Notes: generated by a model not told the origin, from the letters alone. Positions 7,036 to 15,803 are shown, counted from the first letter of the stretch. The stretch is DNA of 33,395 nucleotides from Thermoplasmata archaeon (GCA_041489255.1 JBGPQV010000026.1:1-33395), one strand, 5' to 3'. Numbers and translations: made by a program.

Positions 7036-10000
7036 TCACTTGCTGGAGCCCTTTGTATACATCGCTTCGAACCAGCGCATCACCTCTTCATCGGTGATGT
7101 GGTCTCTCTCCTCGCCTACGGCGAGTTCGTTCTCGTCCTCGAACTTCTCCAAGATTCTCTTTGCGGAGTTCTCGCCTTCGAACTTGACAATCACCAGGGT
7201 CGAACCGCGCCTTCGCGCCTTGAATGCTCCCACCATCCTCGTCCCGTCGAATATGACATAGCACACGCCCATGCGCCACTGGTTCATGATTTGCTCTCTA
7301 AGATAGAGGGACAGGTCGTCCTGAGGCGTGAGCACAAACTGCCCGTCGAACGCCGCTCGCTCGATCGCCTCGATGTCCTCCCTCAGCATCCAGTAGACCC
7401 TCCTCTCACCCTTGACGAAGAATCCCTTCACCAGGAGCCCGTTTTCCTCGAACTCCTTCAGAAGTCTCCTGGTCTCGCTCATGCCGAACTTCGAACGCGT
7501 GTAGCTCGAGAAGGCCTCGGCACTGAAGATTCCGAACGCGCGAAACAGCTGCTCTATCACTTCCCGCTTCGCCTTGTCGACTGACACCGTCGCGTCGCCG
7601 ACGGCGACATAGAGGTTGTCCGCATTCCGGACGACGTGCAGCTCGGCCTGCAGCTTCCTGACCGCCGCCGACGTGTCCCATTGAGAGAGCGGCGAGAGAT
7701 CGAAAAGCCTCCTGTGCGACATCGCCCCCTCGGTCTTGATGATCGCGAGCAGCTTCCTCATTGCCGGAGAGAGCGGCTTGCCCTTGGTCCTCTTCCAGAG
7801 CTGAAGCTGGTCCTTGCTGCAATAGGTCCTGTGACCGGATATCCCCAGACCCCTGACGATGATGCCGCGGCGGTGCAGCCTCTCAAGCGGCTCGAACTGC
7901 CGGCATCTGAGTCTCGCCGCCATGTCCGACCTGAGCCCGGGAAGGGTCCGGATGGCCTCAAGCGGGGTATCGAACTGTTTCTCGGATGCTATGCCCTGCC
8001 TCGCGAACACATATGCGAGGACTGCTTCCCTATCGAAGCTCGCCGGCAGGAAATCGCCCTTGGCCATGAAATCGCCGACGCGATGGAATCCCGCGGCAAG
8101 GAAAGGGTCGACTGAGCCCAGTTCGGGGACATCGTGCCCCAGGGCCCTCGTCAGGCGCATGACCTCCACTCCCCTCTGGCGGTAGAAGTCCATCATGCGG
8201 TCCAGTGCCTGGAGCGCCTCGGGGAGGAGCGACTCGTCGTAGAGGCTGATCTCCCTGACCTCCACGCACCCGCTCATCTCCCACAACTCTATCATGCCGA
8301 CGAGATCGCCGCCTTTCACCAGCGGGTATATCCAGCCCTCGCCGTACCTGCTGGCCACCTGCGCCCAAAGCGATTGGAGCCAGGGGTCGTACAGAGACAG
8401 TACTGTGACGGGCTGCTGCCCGGCCGGCAAGTCCTTCGACTCGAGCGACTTCAGTTCATCCTTGAGGATATACATCTCCTGTTCGCCCTTGCCTGTGACG
8501 AGGATCCTCTCGACGATGCCCTCCTCCTCGAGCCTCTCCACGAGGAGGCTGATGCTATCCCATTGGAACCTTGTGTAGTCGCGAATCGTCGCAAAGGGCA
8601 CAGGACCGTAGGCCCTGAGGAACCTGAGGACGATCTTCCTCTCAGCGTCCTCGACCGAATCCTCGCAGTCGAAGGCGGTGTAGAAGTTCTTCGACGTCCA
8701 TCCATCCTCGCCGTTGAACCGTCTCGTCACGTACACATTGTGATCGAGCTTGTTGACCGCCTCCCTGACCCGCGTCCTGTCCCCGCCAATCCTCCTCGCG
8801 ATAGCGTCTATGTCCATGCCGTCCCTTTGGCGGATGACCTCCAGCACCTCTAGCTCGAATTCGGTCAGGGGCTCTCTGGTGTAGGCCGAGAGAAACAGGG
8901 GGGCGTCGCGGGCCCTGATGTACCTGACGCGCCCGTGGAGGAATCTGCCCTCTATGATGTCGCCCCTGCCGCGGAGCTCGAGCCAGTCCTTGAACGAGAA
9001 CCCCGGGACGTGGTTGTAGATGTCGTACACCATGCCGGCCTCGAGGAACGTCTCGAAATAGTCGTCGACGCTCTTCATCGACTGGAACTGCTTCCTCATT
9101 CGGAAGGATTTGACAGCGGCCTCATCGAAGACCTTCCTCTCCTCCTCGCTCGTCTGGAGCTTGCTGAGGTCCCTGGAGAGCATGAACTGATATTCCTCGT
9201 CGACGACGAAGTTGCCCGAGGAGACAACTCCCTCGTTCTCGAGGTCGCGGAGGGTGCCCTCGACGATCTCGGTCTCGGCATCGAGCATGTAGGCAAGCTC
9301 GTGCGCGGTGGTGGGCCCGTGGACGTCGAGGGTCCTCACGAGCAGGCGGTCCAGCGACTCCTCGTACTTCGCCTTCTCGAATTCCCTAGCCATATAGACC
9401 AGCTCATCGACGCCCCTGCGCTCGATGAGGTACGATCGTTCGAACTTCCTCAGCAGTGTGGTGACTCTCTCCTTCGGCAGTCCGATGGCTGCCTGCAGGG
9501 CTTTGGCCGTGTGAGGTTTCCTGCGGAGGCGGTCCAGCGCCTTTTCTTCCGTCTTGTCGAGGTGGACATTCCCCGCATAGACCGTGGCATAGTATGCGAC
9601 CTCGGGCTTGAGCGCGTAGAGAACGCCGCGCGGAGTCCAGACGCTCTGCACCACCCCCGCCTCCATAAGTTCCGAGGCCCACCGTCTCACGTCGGAGAAC
9701 GAGGCCTCCGCATGGTCGAATACGTTGTCGCTCTTCTGCTGCACTATGTTGCAGGCGCCGGCGAAGTTGAGAGCGGTGACCATGTCCTCCTTGCTCGTGA
9801 CCTTGGGCCACTTGTGACGGAAGTACTCCGCCACAAGGTCCTCTTGGAACTGGTACTCCGTCATCTTCTCAAGGGGAACGACCCTCTTGAGCACCTTGCG
9901 GTGCAGCTCCCTGAGGAGGGCCGAGCGGTCCTCCATCAGCACTATGTCACTGATGCCGAGGAGCACGACATTGTGAGCGAAGGGGCTTGGCAGGTCCGAG

Positions 10001-12444
10001 AAGTCCGACTTCTTGACGGCCATGTCCCCGCTCTCGATTTTCTTGGCAATCTCCTTCGCGTGTGTGAGGTCCATGACTTCGTTCAGGATCTCGTTGTAGG
10101 TCTCCTTGACGACCGGGAAGTCCTCTATCTCGTGGAACCAGTCGAGGACGCGCTGGGAGCGGAGCTGCTGGCGGCCGATGGAGACCTCCTTGCCCTTGTA
10201 GGACCTGAGAATCATGAACGAGCGCGTCGCGCAGTGCCTGAAGCGCTGCTTGAACAGCTCCGTGTTCTTGATCGCGCCTCGGAGCAGGGCCTCGAGGTTC
10301 TCCGGAGTCACCAGCTTCTCCAGGCCTTCGAGGTCGACGCGTTTCGGCACCGTGAGCATGAAATTGTCGTCGGTGATTCTCGCAGCGACGTTGCATTTCA
10401 GCTTCTCGGAGAGCGCGTAGGCGTACGCCCTGCTCAGGGCGTCATTGACCCGTCTGCCGAAACAGTAGTGGAAGATGACGTTCCTGTTGCCCTTGACATC
10501 GACGTAGCCTTCGATCAAGACCTGTCTGTCCGTCGGCAGCTCCGGTATTACCGCCCTCTGCTCCTGCACGTACGATACCATGCTGCTTGCCGAGCCCTCG
10601 TCGACGCTGTACTGATCCATTAGCCAGGACTCTGCCTCGCTCGGGCTGCTCTCCTCGATCTTCTGGAGGAGCTGCCGCCTGAACTCGCCGACCGCCATGG
10701 AGAGGTCGAAGCTTCGGGGCAGCATCTCCCCCGCCCAGGACGGCACAGTCGGCCGCCGCCCCGAGGCATCCTTGACATAGACATTCATGCCCCTGGCGCG
10801 GATGAACTGGTGCGTCTTCCCGCCAAGGACGAAGATGTCGTCGGTCTTCAGGAACTCGACGAACTTCTCCGAGAGCTCGCCAAGAGGCACGCTACTCTCC
10901 GAGTAGACGTGGTACGAGCCTTCCTCCGGTATCGTGCCGACGTTGGTGAAGTAGATCAGGCGCGTGCCCTTCTTGCGGCCGAAGCGCTTTTCTTTCTCAT
11001 CGTACCAGACCTTCGCGTAGACGCGGATGTCTGGGTTGCGGCTCGAGAGGTAGTTGAGCACCGAGACGAAGTCCTTCTTCGTCAGCGTGTGGAACGGGTA
11101 GGAGCGGCGGACCAGTTCGAGCGCTTCCTCGAGGTCCCACCTCTTCTCCAGGCTCATGCCGACGATCGTCTGCGCGAGCACGTCGAGGGTGTTACGCGGT
11201 ATGTCGACGCGGTCTATCCTATTCTGGTAGGCGGCGTGGGCGAGAGTCGCGCACTCCATGAGGTCATCGTTGTCGAAGACGATCATGCGGCCGACCGATG
11301 TGTCGCCGTAGGCATGCCCCGCGCGCCCAATGCGCTGCAGCCCCTTCGCCACCGACTTCGGGGAGCCTATCTGGCACACGAGGTCTATGTAACCGATGTC
11401 GATGCCAAGCTCCAGGGACGTAGAGGACACGACGGCCTTGAGCTGACCGGCCTTGAGCTTCTCCTCGACGTCGAGGCGGGTGATCTTGCTCAACGAGCCG
11501 TGATGTGCTTCGAGGTTCTCCACTCCCCTCTCCTTCAGCCTATATGACATGTGCTCAGTGCCGCTCCGCGTGTTCGTGAAAATCAGTGTCGTCCTGTGCT
11601 GGTCGATGAGGTCGCTCAGCAGGTTGTACATCCGCGCGTTCGACTCTTCGAAGGTCACGCGGGTCATGTCGTCCACGGGGCAGAGAACCTTGAGGTCGAG
11701 GGCCTTCCTGCTGTCCACTTCGACGATGTTCATATCCCGGACGTTCTTGCCCTTGAACCCCGCGAGGAACTTCGCCTCCTCCTCTATCGGGGCTATCGTG
11801 GCGGAGAGGCCGATGCGCGTGAACTCCTCGTTCGCCTGCGCTTGAAGCCTTTCAAGGGAAACGGCGAGCAAAGAACCGCGCTTCGACGAGCAGATCTCGT
11901 GTATCTCGTCTATGATGACATACCTAGCGTCCTTGAGGCTCTCACGGAACTTCGGCGTGGAGAGGACGATCGTGAGCGACTCAGGGGTCGTGATGTAGAT
12001 GTGCGGCGGTTTGCGCGCCTGCTTCTGCCTCTCGTTGGCGGTCGTATCGCCGGACCTCACCGCCACGCGTATCTCCGGTGGCGGGAGATCGAGCTTCTCG
12101 GCGAGAACCTTCATCTCCTCGAGAGGATTCGTGAGGTTGCGGTTGATGTCGTTGGCGAGGGCCTTGAGCGGGCTCACGTAGATGCAGTAGATCTTATTCT
12201 CCAGCTTCCCGCCGCGCTGCAGCTTGTAGAGCTCGTTGATGATCGAGAGGAAGGCGGTGAGGGTCTTGCCCGAGCCGGTGGGGGACGTGATCAGGACGTT
12301 CTTCCGCTCGTGGATGAGCGGTACAGCGTAGCTCTGCGGCTCCGTCAGGTCTTTGAACTTCGAGTCGAACCACGTGCGCAGGAGGGGGTCGAGGAGGGCG
12401 AGGACCTCTTCCTTGGTGTGTTGCTGCGTTACTCTTCTTATCAT
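7036..12444 (-). CDS. lhr: Large Lhr-family SF2 DNA/RNA helicase with extended winged-helix/AlkZ-like C-terminal region
   Basis: SPTGSGKT, YVSPLKALAND, TTPESL, DEIH, GLSAT, HHGSLS, LELGIDIG, LQRIGRAGH, GTIP and FGRRVNDAL are Lhr signatures. About 930 aa of additional C-terminal sequence. Confidence 0.93.
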   Translation of the reverse strand: MIRRVTQQHTKEEVLALLDPLLRTWFDSKFKDLTEPQSYAVPLIHERKNVLITSPTGSGKTLTAFLSIINELYKLQRGGKLENKIYCIYVSPLKALANDINRNLTNPLEEMKVLAEKLDLPPPEIRVAVRSGDTTANERQKQARKPPHIYITTPESLTIVLSTPKFRESLKDARYVIIDEIHEICSSKRGSLLAVSLERLQAQANEEFTRIGLSATIAPIEEEAKFLAGFKGKNVRDMNIVEVDSRKALDLKVLCPVDDMTRVTFEESNARMYNLLSDLIDQHRTTLIFTNTRSGTEHMSYRLKERGVENLEAHHGSLSKITRLDVEEKLKAGQLKAVVSSTSLELGIDIGYIDLVCQIGSPKSVAKGLQRIGRAGHAYGDTSVGRMIVFDNDDLMECATLAHAAYQNRIDRVDIPRNTLDVLAQTIVGMSLEKRWDLEEALELVRRSYPFHTLTKKDFVSVLNYLSSRNPDIRVYAKVWYDEKEKRFGRKKGTRLIYFTNVGTIPEEGSYHVYSESSVPLGELSEKFVEFLKTDDIFVLGGKTHQFIRARGMNVYVKDASGRRPTVPSWAGEMLPRSFDLSMAVGEFRRQLLQKIEESSPSEAESWLMDQYSVDEGSASSMVSYVQEQRAVIPELPTDRQVLIEGYVDVKGNRNVIFHYCFGRRVNDALSRAYAYALSEKLKCNVAARITDDNFMLTVPKRVDLEGLEKLVTPENLEALLRGAIKNTELFKQRFRHCATRSFMILRSYKGKEVSIGRQQLRSQRVLDWFHEIEDFPVVKETYNEILNEVMDLTHAKEIAKKIESGDMAVKKSDFSDLPSPFAHNVVLLGISDIVLMEDRSALLRELHRKVLKRVVPLEKMTEYQFQEDLVAEYFRHKWPKVTSKEDMVTALNFAGACNIVQQKSDNVFDHAEASFSDVRRWASELMEAGVVQSVWTPRGVLYALKPEVAYYATVYAGNVHLDKTEEKALDRLRRKPHTAKALQAAIGLPKERVTTLLRKFERSYLIERRGVDELVYMAREFEKAKYEESLDRLLVRTLDVHGPTTAHELAYMLDAETEIVEGTLRDLENEGVVSSGNFVVDEEYQFMLSRDLSKLQTSEEERKVFDEAAVKSFRMRKQFQSMKSVDDYFETFLEAGMVYDIYNHVPGFSFKDWLELRGRGDIIEGRFLHGRVRYIRARDAPLFLSAYTREPLTEFELEVLEVIRQRDGMDIDAIARRIGGDRTRVREAVNKLDHNVYVTRRFNGEDGWTSKNFYTAFDCEDSVEDAERKIVLRFLRAYGPVPFATIRDYTRFQWDSISLLVERLEEEGIVERILVTGKGEQEMYILKDELKSLESKDLPAGQQPVTVLSLYDPWLQSLWAQVASRYGEGWIYPLVKGGDLVGMIELWEMSGCVEVREISLYDESLLPEALQALDRMMDFYRQRGVEVMRLTRALGHDVPELGSVDPFLAAGFHRVGDFMAKGDFLPASFDREAVLAYVFARQGIASEKQFDTPLEAIRTLPGLRSDMAARLRCRQFEPLERLHRRGIIVRGLGISGHRTYCSKDQLQLWKRTKGKPLSPAMRKLLAIIKTEGAMSHRRLFDLSPLSQWDTSAAVRKLQAELHVVRNADNLYVAVGDATVSVDKAKREVIEQLFRAFGIFSAEAFSSYTRSKFGMSETRRLLKEFEENGLLVKGFFVKGERRVYWMLREDIEAIERAAFDGQFVLTPQDDLSLYLREQIMNQWRMGVCYVIFDGTRMVGAFKARRRGSTLVIVKFEGENSAKRILEKFEDENELAVGEERDHITDEEVMRWFEAMYTKGSSK

Positions 12445-12494
12445 TATGTTTTCCTTGCCAGAGGGAGAGAAATCAAGGATTATGCACGTTGTAG

Positions 12495-12508
12495 ATTAAA
12501 GGCTTTTT
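12495..12508 (-). promoter_or_regulatory. BRE-TATA promoter candidate for lhr
   Basis: Minus strand AAAAAGCCTTTAAT about 50 nt upstream of ATG 12444. Confidence 0.5.
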
Positions 12509-12820
12509 GGTGCTGATGTGTCATCAGCTTACAAACCTCTTCGCGGAACCGACCAAGTGCATCGCAGGTGTCACCTGACGAATTAGTCCCGAGTTCCTCG
12601 AGAGAGATGCCTCACCCGCCACGCAGCCCACCGTTCTTGTCGTCCTGCATCGCCGGTCATGATGGATTTGTGGCAAGACGCACAACATGTTATCGACGTT
12701 GCGCCACGTAAGATCTCTTTCAGCGAGTTTCTTCCCATGTTGTCCCTGAGAAGCTTTAGCGTGCTACTCGCGACGAAGATACATCCGTCCGATTATCGGT
12801 CAATCTCCTCGGTAATCCCC

Positions 12821-12881
12821 TCCTGACCCGCGAGGCGGTGTGAGGGCGCCAGAGGCACCTGACCGTAGTAACGGGATAGGA
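12821..12881 (+). promoter_or_regulatory. Possible structured 5' leader (multi-stem junction)
   Basis: A TCCT/AGGA closing stem encloses hairpins CCGC-GAG-GCGG, GGcGCC-AGA-GGCaCC and CCGT-AGTA-ACGG, ending 11 nt before ATG 12893. Confidence 0.3.
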
Positions 12882-12892
12882 AGTGCAAAAGA

Positions 12893-13267
12893 ATGTTGAC
12901 AGAAGCAGGAGTGATTGCCTTCATGAAGATGGTGATCGAGCTATTCGTGAGCGAACGCAATGCCCTAAAGGGCGCCGGTCTGGACGTGGACATGATGCTG
13001 ACCACGATGCGGAGCCTGCTGGAGCAGGCTGCGGCGTCGGAGCAGCAGCAGGAAGCCATGAAAAGGCAGAGCAAGTCGGCTACGGATGCGTGGCTGGCCG
13101 TGAAGAGGAGCGGATACGTGACGACATCCGGCTACCTCGACATGGCCATCGCGGCGGTGAAAAAGGACAGCAGCTCCGCGGCGAACTTCAGACGGATCCG
13201 GAGCCAGATGTACAGGCCGAAGACAAGGGAGGGCGAGAAGCCGATATTGACCCCAGTAAAGCCCTAG
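12893..13267 (+). CDS. Hypothetical helical protein (124 aa)
   Basis: Purine-rich coding-like ORF with helical/coiled-coil composition and a basic C-terminus (FRRIRSQMYRPK). Followed by a clear terminator. Confidence 0.75.
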   Translation: MLTEAGVIAFMKMVIELFVSERNALKGAGLDVDMMLTTMRSLLEQAAASEQQQEAMKRQSKSATDAWLAVKRSGYVTTSGYLDMAIAAVKKDSSSAANFRRIRSQMYRPKTREGEKPILTPVKP

Positions 13268-13300
13268 TCGGGTCGACGCTCGGCAAGGAAATCAGACCAA

Positions 13301-13333
13301 GGCCCCCTCACGGGGGCCACTTTTCTTTTTTTT
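13301..13333 (+). terminator. Hairpin plus T-tract intrinsic terminator
   Basis: GGCCCCC-TCAC-GGGGGCC followed by ACTTTTCTTTTTTTT. Confidence 0.85.
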
Positions 13334-13343
13334 GATATGTCAT

Positions 13344-13658
13344 GCTAGGACAACGTGCGCTGTAGACCCCGCAGCGTGCGTCGCGAAGTGCGCTGCATGC
13401 GTTGCGGACCCCGCCGCATGCGTTTTGCACCTCGATGCGTGCAGCGCGGACCCCGCAGCATGCGTCGAGATGTCCAATGCATGCGCCATAGACCTCGCTG
13501 TATGCGTTGGAAAGTCCGCTGCATGCAGCGCGACATGATTCGCACTTAGCGGAAGGTGCGTCGCGTGCAGCACGGAGTGCGCTGCGTATTGCGGGAACCG
13601 CGTTGCATGTTCCGATGACCTCGCTGTGTGCTGCGGAATGTCCGCCGATTGCTGCGTG
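13344..13658. repeat. Degenerate 21-bp tandem repeat array (~15 units, partial 42-bp super-period)
   Basis: Units include GACCCCGCAGCGTGCGTCGCG (13365), AAGTGCGCTGCATGCGTTGCG (13386), GACCCCGCCGCATGCGTTTTG (13407), GACCCCGCAGCATGCGTCGAG (13449) and GACCTCGCTGTGTGCTGCGGA (13617). Core GCRTGC stays in phase with no indels. Confidence 0.85.
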
Positions 13659-13696
13659 ATTCGCTCCGCGAGTGGCGGAACGCCCGCTGAACCCGC

Positions 13697-15793
13697 TCAG
13701 TCGACAAAGATGCTGAACGTATTGGTCACTGACCCGCCATCGTCGTCCGTGACGGTGAGCGTGATTGCAAAAGTCCCCGCAACGGCGAAGTGGTGAGTCT
13801 GCTCGTCCGCGGCGGTGAACGGGAACATCCCATCTGGGCTCGGGTACGGATCGGGCCCAATCCCGTCATTGAAGTACGTCGTGGCGGTGGCGGGAGTCCC
13901 ATCGCCCCATTCCCAGGTGAAGGTGAGATCGTCGCTGCCCGGGTCCGTGGCGGTGGCGGTGAACGCTATGTCCCTTCCCGCCAGCATCGAGTTCAGTCCG
14001 ACAGTCCAGTTCCACGTGTTTGGATGCTTGACGTTGAAGGTGTGGTGCAACTCCACCGGCGGTCCTGAGTCAAAGGTGATATTCAGCCATGCGGGCGTTG
14101 CCCCGTTCGGCTGGCCGTTGACCTTGTCGTCGTCGGGAGTGTAGGCGATCCTGATTGAGTTGTTCCTTGTCACGTCGATGCCGATCTCGAATGAGGTCTC
14201 TTGCGGCTTGCCCGGCTCGCGCACTAGGTTCGCTATGAAGGTCTCGTTCCCGCCATCATCAATGTACGCTGAGACGTCGTGCCACTTCTCCCCCGCGATC
14301 CTGAGAGTGGCGGTGGCGGTAATGGAAGCGCGCACCGAGCCGATCTTCGGCGGAAGGTTGAGTATCGTCACCTTGGCAGTCGCGTTGCTCGTCAGGTTGC
14401 CGTCGGAGACCTCGACCCTGACTTCACCCGTGTAGTCGTCTGACCAGATATTTGTGGCGGTGGGTGAAGCCGACCATGACGTGTCCGCTGTTCCATCGTT
14501 GTCGAAGTCCCAGCGGAATTGTAGGGAGTCGTTGTCGGGATCTGCGGCGGAGGCGGCGAATGTGAGGGGAGAACCTTCGAAGCCTGTGTAGGGGCCACCC
14601 GCGTTGGCGATTGGCGAGCGGTTGGAGGTGCAGTTGCCCTTGGTGGCGTAGTAGACGCCCCAACCCATTGGACCTGGATCGCCATACGTAGCGATATGCG
14701 GATTCCCGCACAAGTCCATCTTGGAGTCCACGAACCAAGCATCGGGAATGCCGACAAGCTCAGTCGTCCAGTTGCCATCATTGCTTCGTGTCGCATAGTA
14801 GAGTCCCTTGTTCTTGCCCCCCCAAGGTGCGTTCTCGAAATAGATGTAGGCGATGCCGGGCTCTCCTCGCTTATCCAGGTCCAATGAGGTGAACATACCT
14901 TGGAGGCCGGGTGGGCCAACGACTGTCTCAATGGACCAACCTGAGGAGGTTCGGACGGCGTGTCGGAGCGTCGCTCGATTCTCCTCCCACTTCACGAATG
15001 CTGCATATGCAGCGTGGATATACCCGTTATTGTCGATTGCCAGCGAGCCATGCCGCCCGATATATTGGATGTTCCCGATCGTCTCCACCAATTCCACGCT
15101 CCATGTGCCGTTCTTCTGCCGGGAGGCATAGCGGACTTGGCCAGCAACGGCATTGTAGTAAAGAACGTGCGGATTTTGTGACTTATCGAGCTTGAGGGAT
15201 ATCCACGCCGAGCCGGACAACGCTGTCCACGTGTCGATGTACTCGGTCGTCCAGGTCGTTCCTGCAAGGATGTGATACCGCAACGCGTAGAGGAATCCGT
15301 CCGCCGTCCTGCCCCAGCACGCGATGTGAGGACTCCCCAGTGAATCGACAACAATATCGGCGCCCCCGCAAGGACGACTAAGGTAGGTCCAATTGCCGCC
15401 TTGCTTGACCGCGTAATAGACGCCATTCATCCCGCCGTTGACTCCGGGATAGCCGCTGTAGAGGAGATGCGGCTCATCTGACGGGCCTAAAGCGAAGTAG
15501 GTGAAAGCGCCGCCCCACGGAGATGTCGCCACAATCTCTTGAGTCCACCCGCCCGGCGTCTTTACTGCGTGCTGAACAAGCCCCGGAGGACTATACGCGA
15601 CATGCGGAGTGTTGTTCGAGTCAAGAGCGATATCAGGTGGTGTGCTGCCTCCGAAGGCTTCGACCAGCTCGATTCGCCAATTCGACGTGTCCATAGCGGA
15701 AGTCGGAGGTGTCTGTCCCTGATGGCCGACAAATTGCGGAATCGCCATCACAAGAGACGTGACGACCGCGATTGCCGCCAGAAGTTGTTTCAT
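13697..15793 (-). CDS. Secreted protein with 7-blade beta-propeller-like repeats and PKD domains
   Basis: Signal peptide MKQLLAAIAVVTSLVMA. Seven S/D-hhh-D..G.PH.hY repeats, then PIANAGGPY...EG...F...WDFDNDG (PKD) and DPGSDDLTFTWEWGDG...LTVTDDDGG. Confidence 0.85.
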   Translation of the reverse strand: MKQLLAAIAVVTSLVMAIPQFVGHQGQTPPTSAMDTSNWRIELVEAFGGSTPPDIALDSNNTPHVAYSPPGLVQHAVKTPGGWTQEIVATSPWGGAFTYFALGPSDEPHLLYSGYPGVNGGMNGVYYAVKQGGNWTYLSRPCGGADIVVDSLGSPHIACWGRTADGFLYALRYHILAGTTWTTEYIDTWTALSGSAWISLKLDKSQNPHVLYYNAVAGQVRYASRQKNGTWSVELVETIGNIQYIGRHGSLAIDNNGYIHAAYAAFVKWEENRATLRHAVRTSSGWSIETVVGPPGLQGMFTSLDLDKRGEPGIAYIYFENAPWGGKNKGLYYATRSNDGNWTTELVGIPDAWFVDSKMDLCGNPHIATYGDPGPMGWGVYYATKGNCTSNRSPIANAGGPYTGFEGSPLTFAASAADPDNDSLQFRWDFDNDGTADTSWSASPTATNIWSDDYTGEVRVEVSDGNLTSNATAKVTILNLPPKIGSVRASITATATLRIAGEKWHDVSAYIDDGGNETFIANLVREPGKPQETSFEIGIDVTRNNSIRIAYTPDDDKVNGQPNGATPAWLNITFDSGPPVELHHTFNVKHPNTWNWTVGLNSMLAGRDIAFTATATDPGSDDLTFTWEWGDGTPATATTYFNDGIGPDPYPSPDGMFPFTAADEQTHHFAVAGTFAITLTVTDDDGGSVTNTFSIFVD

Positions 15794-15803
15794 GGATCAG
15801 ACC

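Noticed and set aside
8935-12516. Long antisense ORFs (562, 245, 321 aa) opposite lhr, and similar shadows such as 764..1804, 21625..22674, 23504..24442
   Set aside because: Expected stop-poor antisense frames of GC-rich genes; no recognisable motifs.
12565-12577. Palindrome CAGGTG-T-CACCTG (also GTCAGA-C-TCTGAC at 16440-16452)
   Set aside because: Short, single-copy and different from each other; compatible with chance, and no regulator gene is nearby.
12821-12881. tRNA or hammerhead ribozyme
   Set aside because: Cloverleaf-like, but only 61 nt, with no TTC T-loop or 7-nt anticodon loop and no CUGAnGA/GAAA core.
13344-13658. CRISPR array interpretation of the repeat tract
   Set aside because: Units are contiguous degenerate 21-mers without unique spacers, and no cas genes are present.
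13340-13699. Selenocysteine readthrough of the 698-aa gene into the His-heptad frame
   Set aside because: No SECIS-like element or redox motif was seen, and the protein ends naturally after a PKD strand. The in-frame arrangement is kept only as an observation.
12893-15793. Diversity-generating retroelement (TR/VR with accessory protein)
   Set aside because: No reverse transcriptase, and I found no ~100-bp repeat pair differing at adenines.
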